From Tubiluchus corallicola (Eukaryota > Animalia > Priapulida): DNA of 64,000 nucleotides. Made by a program: the position numbers and the translations under genes. Shown here in pieces: positions 24,901-38,887 of the stretch; the first letter of the stretch is position 1; every line of letters begins with the position of its first letter. The notes beneath the pieces are model-generated. The model searched no databases and had not been told where the DNA came from. It saw nothing but the letters and a program-made list of their open reading frames with translations. Where the stretch lies: assembly GCA_030141605.1 (NCBI GenBank), contig JAQGDQ010000875.1, positions 21,610 through 85,609 on the forward strand. Direction: 5' to 3'.

Positions 24901-27458
24901 TTATAATTGTGGACCTAATTAACGTCACCTAGTATAATATGTCTGCCAAATTTCAGCTATAAACGTAACTCACAAACGTTAACACGATTAATAAATCCAT
25001 CGAACCTGATTATTTAATCATGTGTAATAGCAGTTATGCCCAGATTTTACTCATTTCGGCACCGCAAAGTGTTTTAGAAATGTAACATGTAATACAATTA
25101 TCAATTTATACGGCTTACGTCTCCATAACTCCCATTTGCTGTTACTTCATGTTCATGTAACCTGATAGCTAGAACTCAGTGCCAGAGGTTGTGCTCTGTT
25201 TCATTACAAAGCCTCGATTACATAAGCTAATTAGTGAAACCAGAATTACAGGTAGTTTGAACTTTAAACTGCTACAGCAGACCCATAAATACCTGTAATT
25301 AAAACTGCTCACAAAACTACAGCACGCAATGCGTTTCAAACGCCTAAAACTAGTTTCATAATAAAATGAATGTTCTTATAATATTATATTGTTATTTTAA
25401 CGTTAATTAATACTAATTACGTAACTGTGACATTAACTTGTTCATTCCATGGAAAGATCTACCTGCTGAATAGCGCAAGAGATAGGACAATGCGATTGGC
25501 TGACTGTATTACGGTGTAAGACGCCGTATCTTAGCTACCGAAAATACATGTCGGCCTACATGCTCAAATAGCATAGAGAAAGAAGCGACGAACTGTGAAC
25601 TAGTAGTAAAATAATTACTATACTGTTACTATGATAACTGCAGGCGGTAGACAGGTTAACGTAAAGTGCGCTTGTTTGCTGTTTCATAGCTGTTCATTTT
25701 TATTCTCTCGCAATAAACACAGCGGGAAATTTCTTTGCGGAATTGTCGAGTGGTGAATCATTATTTCTGGATATACTAATCATTTCATGGTAAGTAATAA
25801 TTCCAATATCGTCAATTTAGAAAAAAGACATTGTGATGTGTAATTGATGATGATGATATGTCTTTATTAGCCTCTTTTTGCAGGCAAAAATATCTGTACT
25901 AAGATTATACAATTTTACATAGACACTAGACAGAGTGAATTCAACAATCTTACATTTACGGATTCTGTAATTAGCTTTTCTAATTTGTGCGTATAACATT
26001 ATTTACAGTGATGTTAAACAAGAAGTGTTGAAGTGCGTGCTAAAATCAAGGTTCTTAATGCAGCAAGTTTCCTGTGAAGTAACATAAAAATGCCGACAAA
26101 TTGATATACCAAATTATTAAATTCCAATTCAATGTTTAAGTCCACAAGAGTTACAATCAGTAATCTCAAGAACTACACAATTTGAATCCCTGTTTTACTA
26201 TGGTAATCTGTGAGGCAAATGTGCTTTAACACGAGCTTTGTCTGAAATAAAAATTAACTTATTTTACTTATAGTTATAGGCTTATGTATAATTATAGCGC
26301 TAACATAAGTTCTTCGTTATAGACTAGCATAAATTAGTTACAATTTAATAGTAATACTGATAAAATTTGTACTAAAATACCAGCTCAAATTTAGACCTTA
26401 TTAATTAAAACACAGATTTGGGTAAGACAAAATTATGACAATAGAAATAGTTCCAGTGGTAAATTACAATAACGCATTACGTAGAATATCTGCTGTATAA
26501 TTAGAGACGGATGAATTTAGCAAAAATTAAGCTGTGCAAAGGTAATAAACACTATTGAAAGTTTTGGCAATGCGGTCATAGGGCGTTTTTATTGACAGCA
26601 ATTTCATAGAGTTTCTAATTTAGGGTAAAATTATGAATCATGAGTGTTTTTTGTAGCCGAATCGCGAAACACTTTTGGTGAATTCCATTTACCTCCTGCG
26701 CATAAAATCACGCTGCTGCTAATAACATAAAAAGTAAATCACAATTGTGAAATTGGTAAAATTAATATAACATTATTGGCATAATTTCAAGAGTAAATTT
26801 CGTCAAAAGTTGTTGCAACTGCTGTTACCATGATCTAAAGTAGATACGCTGTGCTATTGCACTCCAATTGCTTACAAATTTTTCGGGAATAGCCTATATT
26901 TATGCAGACAACGGCATGTTGAACAGCAGTTAAAAAACTTCCGGTCGGAATAAACTGTTTCCGGATTTGTGAGTCGCAAGCTTGAATGTTTTGGAGTATT
27001 TGTGTATTTGAATATGCAAAACTTTTGCAGGATATAATACAGTTCAATTGTGGAAATATATATAATTTCAATCCAAACGTATAATGTTTTGTAATACGAA
27101 AAGTCACGTCGTATGTTTTCAATAGCGATAGATTTTTGTATCAGATTTTCTGAGTGCCACTAAACAATTCTATTATCTTCGTCAAAGAAAATCTGACAAT
27201 TGATAGGCTTTTCGTTTGCAAAACTGGACTTATACTTTTAAATGAAATTAGGTGAGAGCTTTTTCGTCTATTTTGTCTTCTTTCTGCTTCGTTTTTTTCG
27301 TTTATTCATCAATATTTCATTATTTTTCTTTGTTTTGTCCGTTCTTTACTGTTTTATCGTTTCCTTACTTCTCTTTTTCCTCCTTCCTTTCTCGTCTTTT
27401 TCTTCTTCCTCTTATTTCTTTGAAAAAATAATGGCAAGGAGTCATGATCAGCGGGAAC

Positions 27459-27640
<182 letters not shown>

Positions 27641-28159
27641 CACACTTTTTATGTAGATGCAGTGACAATCATATTAGCTATCTGAAACGGCTAAGCCTCT
27701 GGAAAAGCGCCACCTGGAAGTTGATTTAATTAATCACGTGCTACAAAATCGTTCACAAGGAGTTGTAACTACATTTTGACAATTTTTTTACTAAGGATAT
27801 TATCAACAAAAGCAGGAGTAACGATTCACTTAAACGCTCTGTTAGACGAGCTAAGGGAAATGCATTTGGTGCTTGTTCTCGAATAGGATAGTCCCACTTT
27901 GGAATAGCTTACCCGCGCAAGTAAGGCAACAAAACTAGACTGAATGCTGTGCATTTGAGTAGATATTTATTTTTATATGCGCTAACAAGCAGGTAATTTA
28001 GCCTCTGATCATCTCCCGCACATCATTGATTTGGTGATTTTTTTTGTATAAATATTTGTTTTTAATTATTGTTTACGTACGATATGAAAGAAATGAAATA
28101 GATAAAACGAAGGCTGGAACCACCAGGACTACATATGTTACGAGGGCTAATATACAGAT

Positions 28160-28685
28160 GACTACGGCCAAATCACGTTGAAAATTCTCGTCTGATCACC
28201 GAAGTTAAGCAACGTAGAGCCTGGTTAGTACTTGGATGGGTGACCAGGTGTTGTAGGCTTGCGGGATGCCCACACTGTATCTCGACACTAGGCGGAGGAG
28301 CTGCACAAGGCAGCCAGCGGCTAGAGGGCGGAGGAGTTCAAGTGACCCAACGGCCATGCGTAGAGGAGTAAACCTTCCAAATTAGGAGTGGAGCCCCGAA
28401 GGCGGACCAGTGCAGCATGCTCACTGATTCCGGCAGCTCCTGCAGCCAACCTGGTGCCAAACGTATAGCTCCGCTTTCCTTTGGACTACACCAGGGAGGA
28501 AGAGAGGGGGTTCCTGTTGTCTGGGCAACTCAGGATCTCCATACACCTTGCCCAGGCATGCATCCTCGAGACGTTCAAGGATCGGACTGCTCAGCCACAG
28601 TCGATGCTGCAGCTCCATCAATGTGATCAATAACTGACTCTCTTGGCGCACACTCCATTATCTTCCGAGACAGAAGGATGGCAAC
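28160..28685 (+). mobile_element. 5S-rRNA-headed SINE copy 2, apparently with its full 3' end and an 11-bp TSD
   Basis: 5S head with two small deletions, same body as copy 1. Flanked by AATATACAGAT (28149-28159) and AATGTATAGAT (28686-28696). Confidence 0.85.
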
Positions 28686-29571
28686 AATGTATAGATATTA
28701 CTTTGAATTGTTACAATAATAACTATGCCGTACTGGAGGAAGTACAATATTCCAGCATGAATAATACACAATGAAAGTTAAATTACGATGTGTTCGCACA
28801 ATAACCCCCAGTATCAATCGTATCACGATAATATAAACACATTTATCCGAAAAGCTACAATAAAGTCTACGTTACACGGATTATAATGCTGGATATTTTG
28901 GGATTTTGAGATAATAAATGGATTAAAATGTTACTGACTCCTGTAGAATCAAACACTGAATTTACTCTGTCATTATTTCCGGACAACTATATCTCGAATC
29001 AACGATCTGACACCACGGATCATGAACTATCAAGAGGGGATTACTGCAGCGCATTGGCTTGACCGCACATTCCTCGCGAGCTACTACAACACCTACTAGA
29101 AAGTTCAACTGGCCATTGTCATCACCGGGGACAGGATATACGGCACAGCTTTCTATGATCATAATCTAATAACAATGAACGCACTGTGCTGCTCTCATCA
29201 ATATTGACACAGAAAAACACCCGTGGGCCTACTTGATGCACTCCAAAAACTACTATGGCGTCCAGGGTTTAAGCACTAACAATAGGTTCAAGATCATCCG
29301 TGCTCGTCATTATCGTTACTTCAACTTTCGCGAGCGAAGTTCACGTGCTGGCATTCCTCGTAAAGCCAAAAATGAAATTTTAGTTCATCATGTTTTTCCA
29401 GTAAAACCCTGGAAAGTGTTATATAGGCCTACTCGACAGATGATATTTACAAATTTCATATTATAAAATTCAATCAAATTGATTAATTATAATCTTAATT
29501 TCAAAATTATCCATTAGTGATGAAATGGATCAATAATTGCTAAACTTTTCAAACCAATAAAGTGTATTAAG

Positions 29572-29967
29572 TAGGGGTGAGCATCGAATGTTCGAATTTC
29601 ATTCGAACGAGTTTTTTTAGTTCGAATTCGATTCGAACCTAAAATTATAGATTCAACACTTCAGCCACATACGTTCTTTATCATTAAAATATTTGAAGTA
29701 GCATGCAATTCGTACAATTTTACTGCAGTTTCTGTGTAAAATTTTTAACAAACTATTAGTGGTTTTACTGCAGACAAAGCAGGTGCTATGCATGATCTTT
29801 GTAAGACCACTTTTTACTAGTGGTTCGAAAACGTGTTCGAAAATCTTTCAAACTCAATTCGAATTTGATTCGGAATCGAAATACTGAAATTCGGTTTGAT
29901 TCGAATTTGAAAGTCACAAATTCGGTTCAATTCGAATTCGCTTTCTCGTAGAGAATGCTCAACCCTC
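29572..29967. mobile_element. hAT-like MITE
   Basis: TAGGGGTGAGCAT ... ATGCTCAACCCTC ends, many TTCGAA/TTCGAT subterminal repeats, and near-8-bp TSD GTATTAAG/GTATTAGT. Confidence 0.65.
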
Positions 29968-32489
29968 GTATTAGTAAGTATACCAAAAATCCAGCTTCAA
30001 TTCAACTTATTTTACAGCTACTTTCCGTTAATTTTAGTTCAGAATGTGTAATAATTTAGGTTTATTCTACAGTATTATTATAAGCGCAATATTTTTTCAA
30101 ACAGATCAAACCACCCCAGTTAAAAACAAACTTGAAAAAAGTGCCCGCATTAATTATATACATTCTACGCATACACGTAAATGTAAACATCTTTCACATT
30201 TTTCTACATTACTTAATACTTCACTTGTTCTCACATACATGAATGCAGTGCTGTGGATTGTTTGAAATAAGCAAGTTTACAGTCGTACGGTGTAACATAA
30301 AAAGCTTCTTGCTGACTGGTTTAGATTTCTGAATGTCTCTGATCATGTGACTTTGTGTGATGACGTTTATAAGTGTCAAGTTTTTTATTCGGCTAAGCCT
30401 AATACTGAATTAACGTCAACAAGGTTAGAGGCTAAGTATAAAATTTCTTAGAAAAAGAACTTGGTCTCGTGCTTGACTACAATGGAGACCGCTTTACCAA
30501 TGCTTGTACGCATCAGGTCACAGCGAACTATAAAAATGTTTGGCATGTGTTGACAGGTGTCATGTTGTTATGAAGAATCGCTGACAATTCTTTCTACTGG
30601 GTCAGCTAGTCAGTATAATAAAAGTATTGCAAGAAGTGCAAAACAGTAATACCTCGTCTGTCTAACTATCAAAATTAGTAGTGTGATAAAGTAGCTTTAG
30701 TTATTTTTAATTAAATATTTAAAGTATGTTTTTAATCTTTAAAAATTGACGTGAAGTGTTGTGTATCCATAACATACAGAGGCGGTTATTCATAAAGAGG
30801 TTTATTAATAAAATCGATATTCCGTGAAATAATCCATTCATTGTGGTGCACATATAATAAATTACACAAATTTCCTAAATGTAAACATTTAAGAACAGTA
30901 AACGCCTAATTTCTATATAGATTACACTACAGCTGCCAAAGAGACAAAACGAAATCCATAAGCAATGACTGTGTAATTTTTTACAAAATTGTAAACTGAT
31001 CTTGTATCTTGTATAATGATATGATCAGTAAGAATTTTGCCACGTGTACACGTTACGAAAATCTTTAGGCTTTAGTAGGCAGTGACTTGTAAGCCTAAAT
31101 GGGGCTGGGATTATATCTCAACTTTTGTCGTACAGGGAACAGTGAAATGATTGTAAATGTACGACTGGTGTAAATATTTTCTCGCTCTCACTGACTCACT
31201 CACTCACTAAATGACCAATTTTCGCATTTCATTCAGGCTTCTACACAACGCAGTAAGATTTTAATAAGCTTGGCATCCATTGTCGAAAATACTTATAAAA
31301 CAAACATTACAGACAGAATCATGCATGTTATTATAAAAAGAACTATGTTTTAATTTGCTTACGAACAGATATTTCGAATTTCGCAGCCCTAATATCAGGA
31401 ATCACCCCATAATGGACTGCGAAATGCCTGTTTATTAGCCAATAAAAACTCAATTCTTTTATTACACAACACCCATAACTGCGCCTATAATCTCTAGTTC
31501 ATTAACATAATGCAGTGGTTTCGTACCTGGTGATTTTTGAAAGACATTTTGACATTCAAAAACTTTGACGACGTTGTGACAAGATGTAAAAGACGTAACG
31601 AAACGAAAATTGCTCCGAAAATAACTGCAACTGCAAGTTTCTTTCGTAAGTAAAAATTATAAAATCAAATTTCCGGTTGATGGAAACGTTCTTATTTTAC
31701 GTTTTAGAAGAAGCCATACTGTTTGCATAAAACGTCTTTTAAACCATTTAGCGAGTTTTAAGCAAACAACATGGATCATGCTATTACATATAGAAATAAC
31801 CGAAAAATACGGTTAATGAGAAACCAATTTTGTCACTAAAAACGGGGACGGCGCTGGTCAAATGTGACAGCTTTGCCATAATCCGACGCATTAATCAGCA
31901 ATGGGATTTGAACTTTATCGGGCAAACATTACCGCGCATTATAATTCTCGGGTGTGAAGTCAATTCGAAGGTAATTTATGACATTCCTAATCGCACCATT
32001 TCAGTTCAGTTACGCAAAGCTGAACTCAGAGAACAGTGACCCTACACAGCATTGCTCAGACAAGAAACAGTAGCTCTCAGTTCTCTTTAGGGCTTAATTG
32101 CTTGCTTATATGGAGGCTCAGCGAACAAATAGCAAAAAGCAGTTAATCAGCAGAAGATGCACAATTCCGAATTAAACAACGTCTAGTTTGCAACTGCTAA
32201 CTGTAGCCTGTACCACACATCCATCTAATTCCTATTACATTTAACAAAACGTTTGTATTTTAGTCAACAAAATCACACTGTAATGACGTGAAATCATTTA
32301 ACTGAGTTTGTAGAGAAACCTACTTATTTTATGACATTGAACAAAGCGCAAATTATTTACATAGTTTTCATATTTTGCAGGTGAATGGGGAAGACTGCTC
32401 TGACAAAATGGATATTTGCACTTCAAAGCGACAAGCCGTGCACACGTGTACTTCAAAATTCGCTTCCGATAATACGTAACAAGTTGTGA

Positions 32490-32714
32490 ATGTTGTGCCA
32501 AAATGCTACATATAACAGTAACAGTCGCGTGATGTCGAGTGTCAGCCAATCAGGGACTATGTATCTACCGCGGGAAGTTACGGAGGTACCGAGTGACCTG
32601 ATAAATACGTATCCTCACTCGAAGCGAGTGGGTTGCTACTTACTAGGGAAAACTCTTGGCCAAGGGTCATTCGCGAAGGTCAAGGAGGGTGTCCACACGC
32701 TAACTGGAGAAAAG
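32490..32714 (+). CDS. HUNK: HUNK-family (SNF1/AMPK-related) Ser/Thr kinase, coding exon 1
   Basis: Reads YPHSKRVGCYLLGKTLGQGSFAKVKEGVHTLTGEK (Gly-rich loop; compare HHKRVGNYLIGSRLGEGSFAKVREGLHVLTGEK). The start could be a later in-frame ATG; upstream acceptor at 32380. Confidence 0.9.
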
Positions 32715-32994
32715 GTAATTTTCGTAGACTAAAAATAGAACTAGGCTACCCAAGCAGTGTGAGAAATCTCTTACTAATAATATTGTCATGGAATGAACGA
32801 GAAGTGTATTAAAGTAAGGGGTGCTGACCAGGCCATTGTCATGGAAGTTACTAGTGTCTGCTGGTTTATCTGCTGTGTTTACCTTTTAGATTTTTTATGG
32901 GAGTCTGCTACCAAATCTCCTAGAAAATAGTTGTTCGCTGGGTAATTACTTTTTAACTACTTTGCTCAACTGATAAAATACGTGTGCGTTTAAT

Positions 32995-33300
32995 GACTAG
33001 TCCGGCGTACGAAGCATTGGGTTACTCGCGTACCGAGATTCGCGTCGGCTTCGAGTACTACCATGACGAAGCATGGTTGTGCCCAAAAGTTCAGTTTCCT
33101 AGCTGCTCTGCAAGCCGAGTTGCAGCTGTTTTTCAAAACAAGCTGCTCTAAAAGCTACGATCGTACACGCGCGCACGCACGCACGCATGTATGTTTTGCT
33201 CGAACGTATGTGTACAAGCTTTTAGTACCGAATACAATTATTTTGGCTGGTGCCCTTTCGTCGGTTCCTTTAAGCTACGCAACGTTTTTGCAATAGTGCT
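32995..33300. mobile_element. Possible Helentron-associated (HINE/DINE-like) non-autonomous element
   Basis: CpG-rich block starting ACTAGT, with a TGTGCCCAAAAGTTCAGTTTCCTAGCT core and an internal (CACG)n microsatellite. Single copy, so the assignment is weak. Confidence 0.25.
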
Positions 33301-35399
33301 CTATTTATTTCGTCACGATAAAAAAAAAACACCACCCGCACTATACCATAAAACAACAGAAACAACAAAAATATTTTTCACAATTTTGAAACTCGTGAGA
33401 TGACAAGCGTAACTCAATCATGCGCGAACGTTCTACATAATCTTTGCTTACTGCTGTCGAAATTCTGATAATAGGCGAACTATAACAGATGTACGGTTGT
33501 CATAGTATCCAAATTCTCGCGAAAATTTGGAATGCGCATTGCTTGCCTCACAATCAGTAAATGGCAAAGTTTTTTATTATATAGCTAGAAAAAAAATGAA
33601 AAGGAGGTCGTCTTCACGGCGAAAAAGATCTGTGTATAAGAGTTACATCGCAAGCAAGTAACCCAAAAAGTTTAGGGTTCAAGTCTTACTGGACCATAAT
33701 TACTAATTTAATGAAAAATCCCACAATTGAAAAACAAGGAAAAACACGATATTTCAAACCAATTGATTTTCAAGTGAAGGAAAAAAGGAAAAAGAACTAC
33801 ATGAAATTTCCACTTTTTTCTTCCACAAGAAGATAATCTATTGCAATACTTTGAAACGTCGTGTTCTTCTATTTTGTTTTCAATTTTTCATTATTATTGT
33901 CACTATTCTTGTTAATAAGAATTAAATTTGCAATATATGATACTAATTTGTTACGTTATTTTTTAAAATACCCTGCTACTTTTTTATCTAGCATATTTTG
34001 GTAGAAACAAGTACAGAATTGTATTTACTATCATTACAGTACTAGCAAAGGCCCCGCAAAAAATTTGCGTATAAATACACTTATAATCAAAAATACGCTA
34101 ACATCCTACATAGTCCTCTTTTATAACACAAAGCCAGCAACAGCAGCTTTTACTGAATTAAAGTTACAAGATTATAGACAGAGCATAATGGATGACGTCA
34201 CAATAATGGCTTTGCGTCAGCAGTTTTCTAAGCGAAAATTGCCGAAAATGGAACATCTAATTAACTCGTCGGTACTCCTCTTGGTGGACGTGTACTAAAG
34301 CATGACCCACATCATCTTGTAGCCCTGTTCTTCCACTTTCTAAAGAGCTACATATCTCCTTCCGAGATTCCCATCAGGCCCCGCTAGAACGTTTTTTCCG
34401 CATGCTGTTTGGTTAAAATTTCGAAAAAATCGCGAGTTGGGTCCGGGAAAATGCCCGTTGTGGGACACCGTAGCCCTCTCGCGAATTCTAAATATGCTTA
34501 CTACACCCACCGCTGAACGGGCTATCTATCCATGGCTAGCACCACCCCCGGCCCGATTAGAAATATGAAATGTTAGACGAGTTAACGCGCAACGTGTGAA
34601 CGCCAGTACGCGTGAGATCACCGTGTACCAGTGCCACTGAGGCAAAAGTTAATACCTTACTTCCCTTTCAGTTCACGGAAATGCAAACAGGGCAGACAGC
34701 TTAGATTAAACAGAGTTTAATAACAGCGCTTCATTCACTATTCATAACACACTTGTTTACTTAATGTTTACTTTCGAATTTTCACTCGTTGAGAAAAATG
34801 ACAGTGTCAACAACCCGTGTGTTTACGTACGCGTCCGTCTGTGGTCAGAACAGCGAGTTTTTACGCCTGGAGACAAGAAGCTTCATTGTTCTCATTGTAC
34901 AAATGCGGAATAACAGTTTATTACACAGCCACTTGTATAAATTTGCTTACTTATTTGACTGTTTTGTTTTAACGGTAGTAAATGAGCAAGAGTAACAGCT
35001 CAACGCTTCTGGGTGAGTTTAAGGCACGTTCACATACATTTGACAACAGCAATGCGGTTATCCGATTCATCCAGTAATAATTTCACGCTTTGTGCCATAC
35101 ACGAAGAAAACGACATGTATATAAGTCAATTCGATGCGCTTAGAGGTTTATCAGAAAAGCCGAAATGAAGAGGTCACCGATATGTATTCCCTTGGTAGTT
35201 TGACAAATTAAACTTAACATGCATTTGACCTATTGCTACCAAAGCCTTAAAATAGCGATTACCTGTAAATGACCTGTTTCAATCGGCCGGCAGACTTGGC
35301 ATTTTACACTTTGACACATCTCACACTAGTCGTATTGTAGCTTTTCTCAAGACAAATACTACTTCTACTGGTCCTTATCTTCAAATATGAACTTTGAAG

Positions 35400-35469
35400 A
35401 GACACAAGGAGATAGAAGAGAAAGATACGAAAGAGAGGGAGAGAGAGAAAGAGAGGGGGAGAGAAAGAC

Positions 35470-35525
<56 letters not shown>
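35400..35525. repeat. (GA)n / purine-rich microsatellite
   Basis: Seen directly in the sequence. Confidence 0.9.
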
Positions 35526-35527
<2 letters not shown>

Positions 35528-37272
35528 GGAGGAGAAAAGGGAGTTAGGAAGAAGGAAAAGCGAGGAGTAGAAAGGAAGAAGAACAAACGAAAGAAACGAA
35601 TAAGTGACGAAATGAACAACAAATAAGTTTAGAAAGTTTTCGTAAACAAACGTGTCAACAACTGGCCAACTCGCAAGGAAGAAGCGAATTATGATCGAAT
35701 GAACGGAAAAGCAAAACATTGAACAAACATCAGTGGAGTAGAGTGGTAGTAAGTGTTCAGTTTGAAAGCTACCTAACCACATGTTAATCTGCAATTAATC
35801 TCCAATCAGTAATTGACAGGTACACTTCAACCTGCCCCACTGACGACAGTATCACAATTGTTTTTCTTGTTAACTCTATAGCCCAATTATGTTCAATATA
35901 ACCGATTATCTAAAACAGTTTACTGATGATTGATGGTTGACGTAACATACATACATCATCGCATTAATAAGAACAGTAAACTTGTTATTCTGATCGTTAG
36001 TTCTGAAAATGGTTTCACTGTTAATTTTCAGGACTTTCAGATGCAATAATAACTAAGAAATTGAGATTATGGCATTAATGCTGTAGTTTAGAGAGTCTAT
36101 TGCGACATCCAAACATTTTACTGCAATGAATTTTCAATTTCATTCGTTTTCTGGAAAGACCTGATACAGTAAATATCCTTTTTTAGCAGTCCTTGGCGTG
36201 AGGAGGATGAACGAGTTTGAGAAATGGCCAAAACAAAACATAACGCTTGTATAAGACCTTGCGTGTATTTTGTAATGATTGTAAACTCAATAAAAACATG
36301 CATTATCATGAGGCGTTTAAATCCGAATTCAAACTACAATAGTAATAGATAACATAAGTGTTATCGTTAGTTAGCAAAACGATTCGAGAACACAAAACAG
36401 GCTTCTTTGGCATCGATCTTTCAAATCACTTTTTCTTGTGCCAGTAAAAAATAGACACTTCAAAAATTAAAAGCACAATTCAGTGTGCTGCTTCATAATG
36501 GTCCGTTACACGATGTCAAACTCAAACTGTCAAACAAAAACTGTCAGTCTAAAACCTGACGCGTGTTTAGACGACATCAAATTTGATTCCGTCAGACGCA
36601 AATATGCAGACGTGCTTTGTGGTCTATTAGCTTAACTTGTACGATTAAATAAGAGAAATTGGAAAGGAGAAAGTTTGGCAGTTACAGCCTGATTTTCAAG
36701 GATTGAAACTTTGAAGTGTCGACCATTAAACTAAATTTAAAACAGTCGTTCTCACAGTCCCGCACATTTCTTTATAATCTCTCGTTTCCCCAATTTCTTC
36801 AAGACTTTGAATTGTCATTTATTTTTCCATCGTTATATTTTATAATGTATATAGTAACTAGCGAAACAATTAAGAAACTATTTTTTCTAATCGCAATCAA
36901 ACGAAAACAGAAAACCTTATTTAAAACAATCGCTAACCGTACTTGTCTTACCATAAAAAAGAACAAAAAGAAACGGTCTCTTGTTTGAGAATCACTGAGA
37001 TAACCAAAGCAGGAACGGTCACAATGACTCGTTTCAATTAGTTCTAGTATGCAAACATGAAATTCATTAAGACTTATTCGTTTTCATGAAGCAAAGCAAT
37101 AGGCCTAATTATAATTAATATGATAATTATAAACAATATACTTTATATGTGTATGGCTCTCACGTGGTATTAGGTAACGTCAGCATGTTAAACGTTATCA
37201 GATTATTAAGTACGAATTGTTAGCATGGATCGTAATAGGTGTATATCAAGATTACACTTGAGGGTTTTTCAG

Positions 37273-37444
37273 GTTGCAGTGAAGATTGTCAGTAAGAAGA
37301 AAGCCAAAGAAGACGCGTATGTGATTCGAAACCTGCGACGGGAAGGCAAACTGCTTCAGTTGGCAAGACATGCCAACATCATTGAAATATATGAAGTAAT
37401 GGAAACAGAAAATAGCTATTACCTTGTCACTGAGCTTTGTGCAG
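37273..37444 (+). CDS. HUNK: HUNK exon 2 (VAVK lysine, alphaC)
   Basis: Reads VAVKIVSKKKAKEDAYVIRNLRREGKLLQLARHANIIEIYEVMETENSYYLVTELCA. Confidence 0.95.
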
Positions 37445-37930
37445 GTGGGTACCTCTTAATTATTAGTACCAGCATAAGCTATAAGGTAAAAAGATAGATA
37501 TTAAATTGTGTAAGGTTTCTCAAATTAACTTTATTGCTGATCTTCAGTGTTTTTTGCCTATAACAAGTGTTTGCATAGAGATTATCCAACAAAATTATTA
37601 TTAGGGAATACTCCTAATTATGATTAGGGAAAGACGAGAGAGGAGGTCAAGTGGCAAATGTAATCTATTTATTCTTCCTAAAGCTCACTAGTGATTTGTG
37701 ATGTTCTATTGTTTCTTCTTGATTTTCGTGTTCATGTATTGGTGGTGCACATCACCACTTGGGAATGCAGTCTGTGAGTCAGCTGATCATTTGATTGTTT
37801 GTTTGTCTGTTCATTCTTTAATCTTTATTTTATAAATCTTTCCATTCGTTCATTCATTGGATTGCCACTGATTTATTTTTTCATAGTTTAATACCTCGTT
37901 CAGTCATTCATGGCGCTATTTATTTTGTAG

Positions 37931-38051
37931 GCGGTAACATGATGGATTACATTTGCAAAAAGAAACGTCTGGAAGAAAAAGAAGTGCGTCGATTCATGCG
38001 CCAAATGATCTCCGCTGTGGATCATCTTCACAGACATGGGATACTTCACAG
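37931..38051 (+). CDS. HUNK: HUNK exon 3
   Basis: Reads GGNMMDYICKKKRLEEKEVRRFMRQMISAVDHLHRHGILHR; donor CACAG|GTATGG. Confidence 0.95.
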
Positions 38052-38551
38052 GTATGGTGCAGTATACGTCACAGGTATGGTGCAGTATATTACTGCTAGG
38101 GATACTTCACAGGTATGGTGCAGTATATTACTGCTATTTCCAAGATTACGGTTTATAGACTCCAGCACAAGAAGTTTACCAGAAACTTGGTATTCACGAA
38201 GTAAGAAAGAAACACCGGTTGAAATTTTCTCTAAAGAATTATTTGTTGCTAAACTTGTTGCCAGAATTAGTGTTTTAAAAAAATGCAAACAGCAAATTAT
38301 ACAGCCAAAGACACCAAGTCCTGCTGATCATCCTGTCAATCTGTAGGCCTAAAACTCCCGAAAGTTTTCTATTGAAATTCTACGACATTGTTATGGCTTT
38401 CTTACGTGTGTATGTAGTCCAAGTTATTGAAGTTACACGATATACAGGTGTACGAAAAACATTAGTACTCAAGTAGGACCCATATTCAATCATCTGTTAA
38501 GCCAATTAGTACATCATCATTTATCAATTTCGTTGATCATAATGATGAATC

Positions 38552-38887
38552 TTAAAGGAAAACCGGATGATTGTGTAAATATGAGTTCAGAATACAGAAT
38601 GCTCTAAAATATTGAAAACTACAATAGATTTTTTTCATTCAAAGCTTGGGTTAAATAATAATTACATCGGATACTCAAATTTTGTTGAACTTTCACAGCT
38701 ATGCGCGGCTCAGTGAATCTACTAAGGTTGGCAACGGCGCCTTTTTGTCACATTTAACTTTCTAAGCTAATTATTCAAATACAAGGAACAATTGTTAACT
38801 TTTACAGGCAAGAAAATGTATATTTTGGGCAGTAAATTAAAATGAAATTGAGTCTAGACTCTAGACAATCGTCTGGTCTTCCTTTAA
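38552..38887 (-). mobile_element. T2/Kolobok-type MITE copy 4 (internally deleted)
   Basis: TTAAAGGAAAACCGGATG...GTCTGGTCTTCCTTTAA; central part missing. Confidence 0.82.
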
